Shown one piece after another: positions 1-11,551 of a DNA stretch of 64,000 nucleotides. The notes under the pieces are model-generated. The model was not told where the DNA came from. It was given only the letters and a program-made list of their open reading frames with translations, and did no database searches. Origin of the DNA: an uncultured delta proteobacterium (lineage in GTDB: Bacteria; Desulfobacterota; Syntrophia; Syntrophales; UBA2192); assembly GCA_963705165.1 (NCBI GenBank), contig CAVPJD010000002.1, forward strand, positions 1-64,000. Direction: 5' to 3'. The position numbers and the translations under genes are program-made. Every line of letters starts with the position of its first letter. Positions within the stretch are counted from its first letter, which is position 1.

Positions 1-239
1 AAAATCCTCTTTGCGGGCGCTCCGGCCGTCATGGCATCTCGCAATCGAATCGTTGAGGGTGAACCGTCGCGAGAATATTCTGCAAAACCCGTGCCTTAAC
101 CGGAGGACCGGCCGTATGGCTCCCGCGGAAAGGCCGCTTCGGAGGTTGTGGAATGATTGGCATATTTTATGTATAAAGTACGAGACAAAACTTCCGATAT
201 GGATACTGTCAAAAATACAATAAGGAACGGACCCTGACG

Positions 240-2549
240 ATGGACACGGCAAAGATGATGGAGAGGCTGGATATCTCCTCCATAACGGCCCTTTCCGAGA
301 AGCTCAACCAGCGCAAGAAACTGCTGGACATCACCAACCAGATTCACGCCGCCCAGAACATCAAGGACATCCTCGTCGAGCACAAGGAAGGCATCCTTGC
401 GCTCTTCAACGCCCTGCTGATCACGATCTACGTGACCGACAAGCCCCGCAACGAGCTCTACTCGCTCTACCTCGCGGGTGCGCAGCTCAAGGAGATCCGG
501 CTGCCCATCACGAACCGCAGCATCGCGGGCTTCGTGGCAAACGGAGGCGGCGGCGTCAACATCGCCGATGCCTACGACAAGGAGGAGCTCAAAAAGATCG
601 ACAAGACGCTCTTCTTCGACGAGGCTTGGGACAAGCAGTCGGGTTACCGGACGGCCCAGGTGCTTGCCCTTCCCATCCTGCACGAGAACGCCCTTATGGG
701 GGTCATCCAGATCGTCAACCGCAAGGGCGGGGGCAAGTTCACGGCCGACGAGCAGAGCCTGCTCGAGGAGATCGCCGAGGTCCTGGGCATCGCCCTTTAC
801 AACCAGCACCGCGTCTCCTCGCGCCGCAAGACCCGCTTCGACTACCTCGTCAACCACAATCTCATGAAGGACGGCGACCTGGAGGCCGCCTTCACCGAGG
901 CTCGCCGGGGAAACGAGCCCATCGAAGAGATCCTCATGAAGCGGTTCCGGATCTCCCGGGAGGACATCGGGCGCTCCGCCGAGGACTACTACCGCTGCCG
1001 CTTCGTCCATTACAACCAGAAACACCCCATCCCCGACGAGCTGCTCAAAAACCTCAAGCGCGAGTACCTCCGAAGGGAGCTCTGGGTTCCCTTCGAGAAG
1101 GGCGCCGACGGCAAGATCCGCGTCATCGTCGACGACCCCAACAACCTCCTGAAGAAGGACATGATCGAGAACCTCCTGAGGACGAAGTCCGTCGAGTACT
1201 GCGTCTCCCTCAAGGACGACATCATCAAGTTCATCAACCACTTCTACCAGACGCAGGAGGGGGAGAAGTCCTTCAGCGAGCTTTTGGGCAACGAGGGGCA
1301 GCTGGTCGAAGACCGCGACGACTACGAGGATAACGGCGTGTCCGAATCGGACAGCGTCATCATGCAGCTCGTCAACCGGATCATCAACGACGGCATCATC
1401 CAGCGGGCCTCCGACATCCACATCGAGCCCAACATGGGAAGGAAAAACGTGGAGATCCGCTACCGCGTCGACGGCGGCTGCTCCATCTACCAGACGGTGC
1501 CCTACAGCTACCGGGCGGCTATCGTCTCGCGCATCAAGATCATGTCGAACCTCGACATCACGGAGCGAAGGCTCCCCCAGGACGGCAAGATCAAGTTCAA
1601 GCGTTCGAACAACGATGAGATCGAGCTTCGCGTGGCCACGCTGCCCACGGCGGGAAACCTCGAGGATGTCGTCCTGCGAATCCTGCAAAAAGGCGAGATG
1701 ATGCACCTCGAGGAGATGTCCCTGTCGCCTTACAACTACCAGAACCTCGTCAAGCTCCTCGAGAAGCCCTACGGCATCATCCTGTGCGTGGGCCCCACGG
1801 GCTCCGGCAAGACGACGACGCTCCATGCCGGCATTCACAGCATCAACACGCCGGAGAGAAAAATCTGGACGATCGAAGACCCCATCGAAATCACGCAGTA
1901 CGGGATCCGCCAGGTCCAGGTGAACCCCAAGATCGGCCTCGACTTCGCCCGGGCCCTGAGGGCCTTTTTGCGCGCCGACCCCGACGTGATCATGGTGGGC
2001 GAAATGCGCGACTTCGAGACGGCCAAGATCGGCATCGAGGCTTCGCTCACGGGGCACCTCGTGTTCACGACCCTGCACACCAACAGCGCCCCGGAGACGA
2101 TCGTCCGTCTGCTCGACATGGGCATCGACCCCCTGAATTTCGCCGACTCGCTGCTGGGGATCCTGGCCCAGCGGCTCGCCCGGACTCTCTGCAAAAACTG
2201 CAAGCTGGCCTATACGCCCGAGAAGGACGAATACGACTACCTGGCCTTCACCTACGGCGAGGAGCAGTTCGCCAAGCTCAACATCCCCTACTCGAAGGAC
2301 CTCAAGTTCTATCAGCCCGGGGGCTGCAACGACTGCAATCAGTCGGGCTACCGGGGGCGCGTGGGCATCCACGAGCTTCTCATCGCCTCGGACAATGTCA
2401 AGCGCCTCATCACGAAAAAGGCGACCGTCGAGGACCTGCGCAACGCCTCCATCAGCGACGGGATGTCGACGCTGCTGCAGGACGGCATCAAGAAAGTCCT
2501 CGAGGGGATCACGGACTTCGATCAGGTCCGGCGGGTCTGTATCAAGTAA
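240..2549 (+). CDS. GAF-domain-fused PilB/GspE-family secretion/pilus assembly ATPase
   Basis: 769 aa. N-terminal GAF-like region, ASDIHIEP motif, RLPQDG, Walker A GPTGSGKT, Walker B DPDVIMVGEMRD, TGHLVFTTLH, Zn site CKNC...CNDC. Confidence 0.92.
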   Translation: MDTAKMMERLDISSITALSEKLNQRKKLLDITNQIHAAQNIKDILVEHKEGILALFNALLITIYVTDKPRNELYSLYLAGAQLKEIRLPITNRSIAGFVANGGGGVNIADAYDKEELKKIDKTLFFDEAWDKQSGYRTAQVLALPILHENALMGVIQIVNRKGGGKFTADEQSLLEEIAEVLGIALYNQHRVSSRRKTRFDYLVNHNLMKDGDLEAAFTEARRGNEPIEEILMKRFRISREDIGRSAEDYYRCRFVHYNQKHPIPDELLKNLKREYLRRELWVPFEKGADGKIRVIVDDPNNLLKKDMIENLLRTKSVEYCVSLKDDIIKFINHFYQTQEGEKSFSELLGNEGQLVEDRDDYEDNGVSESDSVIMQLVNRIINDGIIQRASDIHIEPNMGRKNVEIRYRVDGGCSIYQTVPYSYRAAIVSRIKIMSNLDITERRLPQDGKIKFKRSNNDEIELRVATLPTAGNLEDVVLRILQKGEMMHLEEMSLSPYNYQNLVKLLEKPYGIILCVGPTGSGKTTTLHAGIHSINTPERKIWTIEDPIEITQYGIRQVQVNPKIGLDFARALRAFLRADPDVIMVGEMRDFETAKIGIEASLTGHLVFTTLHTNSAPETIVRLLDMGIDPLNFADSLLGILAQRLARTLCKNCKLAYTPEKDEYDYLAFTYGEEQFAKLNIPYSKDLKFYQPGGCNDCNQSGYRGRVGIHELLIASDNVKRLITKKATVEDLRNASISDGMSTLLQDGIKKVLEGITDFDQVRRVCIK

Positions 2550-2550
2550 G

Positions 2551-2750
2551 ACAGGGTACAGGGGCCAGGGTACAGGGTATAGGGTGAATGAAAAAACAAG
2601 GGCGGGAGACATTGTCTTCCGCCCTTTCTTTTCATCCCGAGTCCTGAGGCCCGAAGCCTGAATCCCGAATCCCTTTACAAGCCACCCGCTACACGCGACA
2701 CGCTTCTTTCATCCTCGCCCCTTGACCCTTGACCCTGTACCCTGGACCCT
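2551..2750. repeat. Inverted pair of heptamer tandem arrays flanking a terminator-like hairpin
   Basis: (ACAGGGT)-like x5 at 2551-2585 and complementary (GACCCTN)-like x5 at 2716-2750. Hairpin AAGGGCGGGAGAC...GTCTTCCGCCCTT at about 2598-2625, between convergent genes. Confidence 0.8.
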
Positions 2751-5367
2751 ATCTTTTAATCCGTTCTTTCCACTCCGCGATGAGGTTCATGGCTTCGATG
2801 GGGGTCAGGGCGTTGATGTCCGTCCCGGCGATCTCGCCCAGGACGAGGCTCTCGTCGTCGGCAAAGAGGCTGAGCTGCCCGGCCATCGGGCGCTTTTCGC
2901 CCTTCTTGGGACGGGCCAGCGTGGGCATGCCGACCTCGTCGAGCTCCCCCTTCTCGAGGTTTTCCAGCACTTCCCTGGCGCGCCCGATGACCTCGTCGGG
3001 CACTCCGGCAAGCCTCGCCACCTGGATGCCGTAGCTGCGGTTCGTCGCCCCCTTCATGATCTTGCGCAGAAAGATGATCCTCTCGCCCCACTCCTTGACG
3101 GCGATGTAGTAGTTTGCGACCCCTTCGCGCGTGAGCGCGAGGTCCGTGAGCTGGTGATAGTGCGTGGCAAAGAGGGTCCTCGACCCTAGATTCGACGCAT
3201 CGTGGATGTGTTCGGCCACGGCCCAGGCGATGCTCAGGCCGTCGAAGGTGCTCGTCCCCCTTCCCACCTCGTCGAGCAGGATGAGGCTCCGGGGGGTCGC
3301 GTTCCGGAGGATGTTGGCGACTTCCGTCATCTCCACCATGAAGGTGCTCTGGCCCTTGGCCAGGATGTCGCCGGCGCCCACGCGGGTGAATACCCGGTCC
3401 ACAAGGCCGACGCGCGCCTCGGCGGCCGGCACGAAGCTCCCCATCTGGGCCAGGATGACGATGTGGGCGACCTGGCGGATGAAGGTGGACTTGCCCGCCA
3501 TGTTGGGCCCTGTGATGATCAGAAGGCGGCTGCCGCTGCGGTCCAGGTGAACGTCATTGGGAACGAAACCCTCGGCAAGGGGCATGCGCTCCACCACGGG
3601 GTGTCGGCCGTCGCGGATCTCGATTGCGTCGCCGTCGTCGACGGCGGGTCGGCAGTAGTTGTACTTCTCGGCCACTTCGGCAAGACAGGCCGTCGCGTCG
3701 AGATCGGCCAGGGCCGAGGCGCTCTTCTGAATGCGCTGGATCTCGCCGGCGATGCGCTCGCGGATCTCGACGAAGAGATCGTACTCGCGCTCGCGCCGCT
3801 TCTCCTCGGCGTGAAGCACCGTCTGCTCGTACTCCTTGAGCTCCTCGTTGATGTAGCGCTCGGCGTTCACAAGGGTCTGCTTGCGGATGTACTCGGCGGG
3901 AACGGCCGCTGTCCGGGATTTCGTCACCTCGATGTAGTAGCCGAAGACGCTGTTGAAGCCCACGCGCAGGCTTGCGATGCCCGTGCGCTGCCGCTCCTTC
4001 TCCTCGAGGGCGGCGATCCAGGACTTCCCGTCGCGCGATACGGACAGGATCCGGTCGAGCTCGGTGTCATAGCCCTCCCGAATCATACCCCCCTCGCGCA
4101 GAGTGAGCGGCGGGTCGTCGACGACGGAGCGCTCGAGCAGATCGAGGATCTCCGGCATCTCGTCGATCCCCTTGCGCAGGGCCGCGATCCTGGGGACCTC
4201 GAGTGCGGCCAGGAGCTGCTTGAGCCCCGGGAGAACTCGAAGAGAGCTTCGCAGGGCCACGAGGTCCCGGCCGTTGGCCACGCCGATGGAGATGCGCCCC
4301 CCGAGGCGCTCCATGTCGTAGAGCCCCGAGAGGGCCCTGCGCAGATCCTGTCGCAGCAGGTGCCCCTCGCGGATCTCGGCGACGGCGGAGAGCCTCTCGC
4401 GGATCATCGCCGCATCGAGAAGGGGGTAGGAAAGCCACCCGCGGAGCCTGCGCCCCCCCATGGCGGTCATGGTTTCGTCGAGAACGTGGAAGAGGGTTCC
4501 CTCTTTTGTGCCGCCCTGGGTCGTCGCAAAGAGCTCCAGGTTTCGCTTTGCCGTCTCGTCGAGGATGAGGAAGTTCTCCGTGTGATACCGGGTGATGTCG
4601 TTGATGTGCCCGAGGCGCTCCTTCTGGGTCTCTCGCACATAGCGAAGCACCGCCCCCGCCGCGGCGATCAGGGCCGCATGGCGCTCGGGCTTGAGCCTCG
4701 CGATCGCTTCGTCGGTGAAGTGCTCGCCGAGGATGCCGAGTGCGGCTGCGTGATCGAACCAGTCCCGCGGGAAGCGGTTGATCACGCAATCCCCAAGCTC
4801 CTGCGTGAGAACCGTCTCCAGCACCGCATCCTTGAGTTTCTCCTCCAGGACGATCTCCCGGAAGCCGTGGCGGATCACCTCGTCGATGAAGAAGTTGCGG
4901 TCCGCAACCTCCGTGACCCGGAACTCGCCCGTAGAGATGTCCAGGAAGGCAAGCCCGAACCCCTCGCCGCGAACGGCAATGCCGGCCAGGAAGTTGTTCT
5001 GCTTGGCCTCCAGGTTGTCGGCGTCGACGACGAGCCCCGGGGTGATCACGCGCACCACCTCGCGCTTCACGATGCCCTTGGCGAAGCGGGGGTCCTCCAT
5101 CTGTTCGCAGATGGCCACCTTGTGGCCCTTCCCGATGAGTTTCGCGATGTAGGACGACGCGGCGTGCCAGGGAAACCCGCACAGCGGCACACTGTCCTCC
5201 CTGCCCTTGTTGCGGGAGGTGAGCGTGATCTCCAGCAGCTTCGAGGCGAGCACGGCGTCCTCGAAGAACATCTCGTAGAAATCGCCCATGCGGAAAAAGA
5301 GGATGCAGTCGGGGTACCGGGCCTTGATCTCGAGATACTGCCGCATGGCGGGCGTGAGAGAACTCAT
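2749..5367 (-). CDS. mutS: DNA mismatch repair protein MutS
   Basis: 872 aa. TPAMRQY, GDFYEMF, Walker [29 protein letters not shown]. Confidence 0.98.
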   Translation of the reverse strand: MSSLTPAMRQYLEIKARYPDCILFFRMGDFYEMFFEDAVLASKLLEITLTSRNKGREDSVPLCGFPWHAASSYIAKLIGKGHKVAICEQMEDPRFAKGIVKREVVRVITPGLVVDADNLEAKQNNFLAGIAVRGEGFGLAFLDISTGEFRVTEVADRNFFIDEVIRHGFREIVLEEKLKDAVLETVLTQELGDCVINRFPRDWFDHAAALGILGEHFTDEAIARLKPERHAALIAAAGAVLRYVRETQKERLGHINDITRYHTENFLILDETAKRNLELFATTQGGTKEGTLFHVLDETMTAMGGRRLRGWLSYPLLDAAMIRERLSAVAEIREGHLLRQDLRRALSGLYDMERLGGRISIGVANGRDLVALRSSLRVLPGLKQLLAALEVPRIAALRKGIDEMPEILDLLERSVVDDPPLTLREGGMIREGYDTELDRILSVSRDGKSWIAALEEKERQRTGIASLRVGFNSVFGYYIEVTKSRTAAVPAEYIRKQTLVNAERYINEELKEYEQTVLHAEEKRREREYDLFVEIRERIAGEIQRIQKSASALADLDATACLAEVAEKYNYCRPAVDDGDAIEIRDGRHPVVERMPLAEGFVPNDVHLDRSGSRLLIITGPNMAGKSTFIRQVAHIVILAQMGSFVPAAEARVGLVDRVFTRVGAGDILAKGQSTFMVEMTEVANILRNATPRSLILLDEVGRGTSTFDGLSIAWAVAEHIHDASNLGSRTLFATHYHQLTDLALTREGVANYYIAVKEWGERIIFLRKIMKGATNRSYGIQVARLAGVPDEVIGRAREVLENLEKGELDEVGMPTLARPKKGEKRPMAGQLSLFADDESLVLGEIAGTDINALTPIEAMNLIAEWKERIKR

Positions 5368-5807
5368 TCCCAGCGCTCCCCCTTCTTCTCGAGGTCGATT
5401 TCCCCGGGGCCAGAGCGCCGGGTGCTGCCGGAGTTACCGGGATATCCATGTTCGCCGGTATGGCCCCGGTCGGTGATGAGTGTGCTGAGCAGCCAGTTCA
5501 CGACACTGATGATGACGGCACCGAAGACGGCAGGCCAGAAACCGTGCACGTCGAAGCCCGGGATGAGCGCCGAGGCGATCTTCAGCAGTACCGCGTTGAT
5601 GACGAAAGTAAAGAGTCCCAATGTCAAAATATTGACGGGCAGGGTCAGGATGATCAGGAGGGGCTTGAAGAAGACGTTCAGAATCCCCAGGATCGCCGCC
5701 GCAAAGAAGGCGGCCCAGAAACCGGTCACGACGATTCCGTCGACGAGGTATGCCGCCGCCAGGATCGCAGCCGTGAGGATCAGCCATCGGATCAGGATAC
5801 GCGCCAT
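5364..5807 (-). CDS. YvlD-like four-TM membrane protein (phage holin superfamily IV-like)
   Basis: 147 aa, four hydrophobic helices, [25 protein letters not shown] signature. Overlaps the mutS start by 4 nt. Confidence 0.85.
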   Translation of the reverse strand: MARILIRWLILTAAILAAAYLVDGIVVTGFWAAFFAAAILGILNVFFKPLLIILTLPVNILTLGLFTFVINAVLLKIASALIPGFDVHGFWPAVFGAVIISVVNWLLSTLITDRGHTGEHGYPGNSGSTRRSGPGEIDLEKKGERWE

Positions 5808-6015
5808 GATTTCCCCTCCTTGAGTATTCAGTCGCTTTTAACACGCTTCGGCTTTTTTTTCACCCCCCGGACGGGGTAGAAGAAAAAACTTGGAAAAAGA
5901 GCGGGAAAGCGCCGGGTTACAAATTTTTCACCGTTGCACAATTGCCCTTTGGACGCTATGATGCGAAATGGCTAAAGGCAAAGGGCTAAAGGCGTAAGGT
6001 AAGGAAAGAAATACC

Positions 6016-7965
6016 GTGGGAAAGACCATAACGCAGAAACTCATCGAGGCCCATCTCGTCTCGGGGCGGATCGAGCCCGGCAGCGAAATCGGCATCCGCA
6101 TCGACCAAACGCTCACCCAGGACGCCACGGGCACCATGGCCTACCTGCAATTCGAGGCCATGGGGATCGACCGCGTGCGCACCGAACTCTCGATGAGCTA
6201 CATCGACCACAACACGATCCAGATCGGCTTCGAGAACGCCGACGACCACCGCTACCTGCAGTCCGTGGCGCGCCGCTTCGGCATCCGGCTCTCGAGGGCC
6301 GGAAACGGCATCTGCCACCAGGTCCACCTGGAGCGCTTCGGAAAGCCCGGAAGGACGCTCCTGGGCTCCGACAGCCACACCTCCACCTGCGGGGCCCTGG
6401 GCATGCTTGCCATCGGCGCGGGCGGCCTCGACGTGGCGCTCGCCATGGCCGGCGAGCCGTTCTTCCTCACCTGCCCGAAGGTGATCCGGGTCAACCTCAA
6501 GGGAAAACTCCCCCCCTGGGTCTCGGCCAAGGACGTCATCCTGAAGCTCCTGGAGCTCTTCACGACGAAGGGCAACGTGGGGCACATCTTCGAATACGGA
6601 GGCGAGGGCCTCGCGAGTCTCACGGTACCCGAGCGGGCCACCATCGCCAACATGGGGGCCGAGCTGGGCCTCACCACCTCCGTCTTCCCCAGCGACACGA
6701 TGACGCGGCGCTTCCTGGCGGCCGAGGCACGGCAGGCTGACTGGGTGGAGCTTGCGGCCGACGCCGACGCCGAATACGTAAAGACCATCGAGATCGACCT
6801 TGCGGATCTCGTCCCCCTGGCGGCCAGGCCCCACAGCCCCGACACCATCGGCACCGTGCGGGAGCTCTCGGGGATCCCTGTAGACCAGGTCTGCATCGGA
6901 AGCTGCACGAACTCCTCGTACCGGGAGCTTGCCACGGTGGCCCGGATCCTGCGCGGCAGGGTCGCCCATCCCCGCGTGAGTTTCATCGTCACACCCGGTT
7001 CCCGGCAGGTCCTCGAGAATTTGGCCCGCGACGGCTACCTCGCCGATCTGCTTTGCGCCGGGGTGCGGATCACGGAGAGTACCTGCGGCTTCTGCATCGG
7101 CGGCAGCCACAGCCCCGGGTCAAAGGGGGTGTCGCTTCGCACCTCGAACCGCAATTTCTACGGCCGCTCGGGAACGGAGGACGCCGAGGTCTACCTGGTG
7201 AGCCCCGAGACGGCTGCCGCAGCCGTCGTGAAAGGGGTCCTCACGGACCCGCGCGATCTCGGCATGGATTACCCCGCCGTCGACATGCCGCAAGTGTTCC
7301 ACGTCGACGACTGCATGATCCTCGAGCCTGCCCCGCCCGAGAAGGCCGCTGATCTCGAGATCATCCGGGGGCCCAACATCGGCGATCCGCCTCAAAACGA
7401 GCCCATGCCGAAGCACCTCCACGGCGAGGTGACCATCAAGGTCGGAGACAAGATCACGACGGATCACATCATGCCCGCCGGGGCTCGGATGAAGTACCGC
7501 TCCAACATCCGAAGGTATGCCGATTTCGTCTTTGAAGGCCTGGACCCCACCTTCCCCGCAAGGGCGGCGAAGATCCGCGACAAAGGCAACCACAACATCG
7601 TCGTAGCAGGCCTGTCCTACGGCCAGGGCTCTTCGCGGGAGCACGCGGCGCTGTGCCCCATGTACCTGGGCGTCAAGGCCGTCATCGCAAAGAGCTTCGA
7701 GAGGATCCACACGGCGAACCTGATCAACTTCGGGATCATCCCGCTTGTGTTAGAAAGCGACTCCGAGTACAACCTCCTCGACCAGGGCGACAGCCTCGAG
7801 ATCCCCGACATCCGAAACGTCTTGAAGACGGGCGGGCCCCTGGCGGTGAAAAACCTCACCAAGGGCCGCAGCTTCACCGTCGTCTGTGTGCTCTCGGAGA
7901 GGCAGAAAAGAATCCTGCTGGCGGGCGGAGCGCTGAATCTTGTGAAAGGAAAAGGTAACAGGTAG
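6016..7965 (+). CDS. Aconitate hydratase
   Basis: 649 aa. TQDATG, DHN, GICHQ, GSDSHT, IGSCTN, CGFCIG, GSSREHA. Adjacent to icd. Confidence 0.93.
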   Translation: MGKTITQKLIEAHLVSGRIEPGSEIGIRIDQTLTQDATGTMAYLQFEAMGIDRVRTELSMSYIDHNTIQIGFENADDHRYLQSVARRFGIRLSRAGNGICHQVHLERFGKPGRTLLGSDSHTSTCGALGMLAIGAGGLDVALAMAGEPFFLTCPKVIRVNLKGKLPPWVSAKDVILKLLELFTTKGNVGHIFEYGGEGLASLTVPERATIANMGAELGLTTSVFPSDTMTRRFLAAEARQADWVELAADADAEYVKTIEIDLADLVPLAARPHSPDTIGTVRELSGIPVDQVCIGSCTNSSYRELATVARILRGRVAHPRVSFIVTPGSRQVLENLARDGYLADLLCAGVRITESTCGFCIGGSHSPGSKGVSLRTSNRNFYGRSGTEDAEVYLVSPETAAAAVVKGVLTDPRDLGMDYPAVDMPQVFHVDDCMILEPAPPEKAADLEIIRGPNIGDPPQNEPMPKHLHGEVTIKVGDKITTDHIMPAGARMKYRSNIRRYADFVFEGLDPTFPARAAKIRDKGNHNIVVAGLSYGQGSSREHAALCPMYLGVKAVIAKSFERIHTANLINFGIIPLVLESDSEYNLLDQGDSLEIPDIRNVLKTGGPLAVKNLTKGRSFTVVCVLSERQKRILLAGGALNLVKGKGNR

Positions 7966-8041
7966 CAGGTGTCAGGTAACAGGAAAAACACTCGCTCATC
8001 TACCTGTCACCTGTCACCTGTGACCTGACATCTGTCACCTG
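7954..8041. repeat. Inverted heptamer arrays (GTAACAG-type / TCACCTG-type)
   Basis: GGTAACA GGTAGCA GGTGTCA GGTAACA, then CTACCTG TCACCTG TCACCTG TGACCTG ACATCTG TCACCTG. The first array supplies the aconitase stop codon. Confidence 0.85.
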
Positions 8042-8086
8042 TTCGCACAGCGCGGCATTAATAATCGGAAAGGCAAAAGAGAACGG

Positions 8087-9337
8087 ATGGCAAAAGAAAA
8101 GATAAAGGTAAAAACCCCCATCGTCGAGATGGACGGCGATGAGATGACGCGCATCATGTGGGCCCTGGTGAAGGAAAAGCTCCTCCTTCCTTACCTCGAC
8201 ATGAAGCTGGAGTACTACGACCTGCACGTCAAGCATCGCGACGACACGGACGACCGGGTCACCGTCGAGGCGGCACAGGCCATCATGAAGTACGGCGTGG
8301 GCGTCAAATGCGCCACGATCACCCCCAACCAGGACCGCGTCGTCGAGTATACCCTCAAGCAGATGTGGAAAAGCCCCAACGGCACAATCCGGGCCATGCT
8401 CGACGGGACCGTCTTCCGCAAGCCCATCTTCGTGAAGAACATCCGGCCCTTCGTAACCACCTGGAAGCGGCCCATCCTCATCGGCAGGCACGCCTATGGC
8501 GACGTCTACGACAACTCCGAGATGGCCATCCCCTGCGCGGGGACGGCGGTGCTCATGTTCACGCCCGCCCCGGGGGGCGCTGCGGCCTGGCAGAAGATCG
8601 CCGACTTCAAGGGGCCTGGGATCCTGCAGGGAATCCACAACACCGACGAGTCGATCCTGAATTTCGCCAGGGCCTGCTTTGCCTGCGCCCTCGACGAGAA
8701 GATCGACCTGTGGTTCAGCACGAAGGACACCGTCTCCAAGACCTACGACGCCCGGTTCCGGGACATCTTCCAGCAGGAGTACGAGGCAAACTGGAAGGCG
8801 AAGTTCGAGGCGGCGGCAATCGAGTACTTCTTCACCCTCATCGACGATGCGGCAGCGCGTGTCATCCGCTCCGAGGGGGGCTTTCTCTGGGCGCTGAAGA
8901 ACTACGACGGCGACGTCATGTCGGATCTCGTCGCGGCGGCAAGCGGCAGCCTCGCCATGATGACCTCCGTCCTCATTTCGCCGAAGGGATGCTTCGAGTA
9001 CGAGGCGGCCCACGGCACCGTGCAGCGCCACTACTACAAGCACCTCAAGGGAGAGGAGACCTCGACAAACTCCATGGCCCTGATCTTTGCCTGGACGGGA
9101 GGACTGCGCAAGCGGGGCGAGCTCGACGGCACCGCCGAGGTCATCCGCTTCGCCGATCTTCTAGAGCAGGCCGCTCTGGGAACGGTGGAGGCGGGCATCA
9201 TGACGGGCGATTTGCTGACCGTGGCCCGCAAGAGCGCGAAGAACCGCAAGGTCAGCACGGAGGGGTTCATCGACGCGATCGCGGAGAGGCTGCAACGCAG
9301 CCTCGGGCGCAAACGCCCGGGAAGAGATAGAAGTTGA
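8087..9337 (+). CDS. icd: NADP-dependent isocitrate dehydrogenase
   Basis: 416 aa. DGDEMTR, KCATITP, SPNGTIR, NYDGDV, EAAHGTV. Confidence 0.96.
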   Translation: MAKEKIKVKTPIVEMDGDEMTRIMWALVKEKLLLPYLDMKLEYYDLHVKHRDDTDDRVTVEAAQAIMKYGVGVKCATITPNQDRVVEYTLKQMWKSPNGTIRAMLDGTVFRKPIFVKNIRPFVTTWKRPILIGRHAYGDVYDNSEMAIPCAGTAVLMFTPAPGGAAAWQKIADFKGPGILQGIHNTDESILNFARACFACALDEKIDLWFSTKDTVSKTYDARFRDIFQQEYEANWKAKFEAAAIEYFFTLIDDAAARVIRSEGGFLWALKNYDGDVMSDLVAAASGSLAMMTSVLISPKGCFEYEAAHGTVQRHYYKHLKGEETSTNSMALIFAWTGGLRKRGELDGTAEVIRFADLLEQAALGTVEAGIMTGDLLTVARKSAKNRKVSTEGFIDAIAERLQRSLGRKRPGRDRS

Positions 9338-9384
9338 GAGGGTAAGAAGGTAAGAGGGTGAGAAAGAACGGGAACGACCTCTTC

Positions 9385-9443
9385 GCCTTTAGCCTTTAGC
9401 CTTTAGCCTTTAGCCATAAGCCATAAGCCCTATGCCTTTAGCC
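9385..9443. repeat. Heptamer tandem array (GCCTTTA/GCCATAA)
   Basis: GCCTTTA x4, GCCATAA x2, GCCCTAT, GCCTTTA. Runs into the rlmN start codon. Confidence 0.9.
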
Positions 9444-10487
9444 GATTTGAAAAACATGACCCTCGACGAGATCGAGGCCTTCGTGGTCGGTCTCGGGAAG
9501 GAGAAGTTCCGTGCCCGGCAGATCATGAAGTGGATCTACCAGCAGGGGGCCTCCTCTTTTGCCGAGATGACGAACCTCTCGAAGGAGTTCCGGGCCGACA
9601 TGGAAAAGCGGGCCCGGATCAGCAACCTCGAGATCGTCCGGACGCAGAGCTCCGAAGACACGACAAAGAAGATCCTCTTTCGCCTCGATGACGGCCTTCT
9701 GATCGAGAGCGTCCTCATCCCGGGCGCGAGCCACTGGACGCTCTGCCTCTCCACGCAGGCGGGCTGCAAGATGGGCTGCACCTTCTGCTTTACGGCAAAA
9801 TCGGGGTTCACGCGCAACCTGCGCCCCTCGGAGATCGTCGACCAGGTCGTCCAGGCAAAATTCCACAGCGAAGAGGGCCCCGGCATCAACAACCTCGTCC
9901 TCATGGGGATGGGCGAGCCCCTGGACAACTACGACAACGTCCTGAAGGCCATCGCCATCATCAACTCGGATCACGGGCTGGCGCTCACGGCTCGAAAGAT
10001 CACCCTGTCCACCTGCGGCCTCGCCCCCGCCATCGAGCGGCTCGGTCAGGATTCCGCGGTCAATCTGGCCGTCTCCCTCAATGCTCCCGATGACCGCCGG
10101 CGCAACGAGCTCATGCCGATCAACCGGAAATACCCCATCGAGGCCATTATCAAGGCCTGCAAGACCTACCCCATGCCGAAGCGGCGGCGCATCACCTTCG
10201 AGTACATCCTCATCGCCGGGGTGAACGACGCGCCCGCCGACGCGAAGCTGCTCGTCCGGACCTTCGGGAACCTGCGCTGCAAGTTCAACCTGATTCTCTT
10301 CAACGAGTTTCCGGGCTCCCCCTTCAAGGCGCCCACGGCCAAGGCCGTCGAGGCTTTCCAGAAGGTCCTCGTGGACCACCGCTTCACGGCCGTCGTCCGG
10401 CAGAGCCGCGGCAAGGACATCCTCGCCGCCTGCGGCCAGCTCTCGGGAAGACAAAGAGAGGAAGAGAAGGTTACAGGCGACAGGTAA
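9432..10487 (+). CDS. rlmN: 23S rRNA m2A2503 / tRNA methyltransferase RlmN
   Basis: 351 aa. CKMGCTFC, MGMGEP, AVSLNA, EYILI, AACGQL. Confidence 0.96.
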   Translation: MPLADLKNMTLDEIEAFVVGLGKEKFRARQIMKWIYQQGASSFAEMTNLSKEFRADMEKRARISNLEIVRTQSSEDTTKKILFRLDDGLLIESVLIPGASHWTLCLSTQAGCKMGCTFCFTAKSGFTRNLRPSEIVDQVVQAKFHSEEGPGINNLVLMGMGEPLDNYDNVLKAIAIINSDHGLALTARKITLSTCGLAPAIERLGQDSAVNLAVSLNAPDDRRRNELMPINRKYPIEAIIKACKTYPMPKRRRITFEYILIAGVNDAPADAKLLVRTFGNLRCKFNLILFNEFPGSPFKAPTAKAVEAFQKVLVDHRFTAVVRQSRGKDILAACGQLSGRQREEEKVTGDR

Positions 10488-10602
10488 CAGGTGACAGGCG
10501 AAGAAAAGTGGATTCGGGATTCCGGATTTGAAACACCCGTTTCCCTGTACCCATTTCCCAATACCCAATTCCTGCCGCCGCAAGCGGCAAGCCGGAGGCG
10601 CT

Positions 10603-11406
10603 ATGTCGTATCAGAATCTGGAAGTCGCAATCGAAGACCACGTCGCAACGGTGACCCTCGCAAGAACGGACAGCATGAACGCCCTGAGCCTTTCGTTCAC
10701 GGCGGAAATCGCAAAGGCCTTTCGGGAGCTGGGCGCAAACGACGAGGTGCGGGCAATCGTGCTGGCGAGCAAGGCAAAGGCCTTCTGCGCAGGGCTCGAT
10801 CTCAAGGAATTCGCCGCCATCGGCATGAAGGGGACGGCCAAGTCGAGCCTGGAATTCCCCGAAAAGCTGCGTGCCCTCTTCGAGAGCTGCGACGGCATCG
10901 AGGCCTGCCCCAAGCCAGTGATTGCCGCCGTCAACGGCATGTGCATCGGCGGGGGTCTCGACATCATCTCGGCCTGTGACATCCGCCTCTGCACTCAGGA
11001 TGCGACCTTCTCCCTGCGCGAAGCGGCCATCGGACTCGTGGCCGACATGGGCGTGCTGCAGAGGCTCCCCCATGTCATCGGCCAGGGGTTCACGCGGGAG
11101 ATGGCCTTCACGGCGCGTTTCTACACGGCAGAGGAAGCGGAAAAAATGGGGCTCGTCAACGCTGTCTACCCGGATACGCCCGCCATGATGGACGGGGCGA
11201 TAAAACTTGCCCGCCAGATCGCCGCCAATGCCCCGCTGGCCGTCCAGGCAACGAAGGAGGTCCTCAACGTGAGCCGACAGGCCACAATCCAGGACGGGAT
11301 GTCGCTTGCCAAGCACAAGAACATGGTCCTGATGCTCTCGCAGGATCTCAAGGAGGCCTTCGTTTCCTTCATGGAAAAGCGCAAGCCCGATTTCAAGGGG
11401 AAGTGA
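10603..11406 (+). CDS. Enoyl-CoA hydratase/isomerase (crotonase family)
   Basis: Start moved to the ATG at 10603 after a GGAGG RBS. FCAGLDL, KPVIAAVNGMCIGGG, ADMGVLQRL, EKRKPDF. Confidence 0.9.
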   Translation: MSYQNLEVAIEDHVATVTLARTDSMNALSLSFTAEIAKAFRELGANDEVRAIVLASKAKAFCAGLDLKEFAAIGMKGTAKSSLEFPEKLRALFESCDGIEACPKPVIAAVNGMCIGGGLDIISACDIRLCTQDATFSLREAAIGLVADMGVLQRLPHVIGQGFTREMAFTARFYTAEEAEKMGLVNAVYPDTPAMMDGAIKLARQIAANAPLAVQATKEVLNVSRQATIQDGMSLAKHKNMVLMLSQDLKEAFVSFMEKRKPDFKGK

Positions 11407-11421
11407 TCAGCGACCGGTGCA

Positions 11422-11533
11422 AGTGAAGCTCCCCGCCCACAGAACGGGGCTTCCCGGCAGGGAAAGAACCAAACATGATTGCGCACCCTAACCCCGCCTA
11501 CAAGGCGGTGCCTGCGGGATGCGTCCCCGGTCA
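11422..11533. repeat. Short non-coding palindromic element with two hairpins (possible IS200/IS605-type MITE)
   Basis: GAAGCTCCCCGCCCACAGAACGGGGCTTC hairpin and CCCGCCTACAAGGCGG hairpin, no credible ORF. Family assignment is by resemblance only. Confidence 0.45.
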
Positions 11534-11551
11534 AGAAAGGAAATATGCGGT

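Noticed and set aside
157..173. Sigma54-like site upstream of the PilB-like gene, and a similar one at 52256-52273 upstream of pilZ
   Set aside because: The -12 GC dinucleotide is missing (GT or GA instead), so these are too weak to call.
5364..5807. Holin-like annotation suggesting a prophage
   Set aside because: This family is common in chromosomes, and no endolysin, integrase or structural phage genes are nearby.
96..5823. Very long antisense ORFs (838 aa at 96-2612, 873 aa at 3202-5823) and similar ones elsewhere (52443-54251, 61020-62498)
   Set aside because: They are shadow frames opposite well-supported genes, expected from high GC3 codon bias, and show no recognisable motifs.
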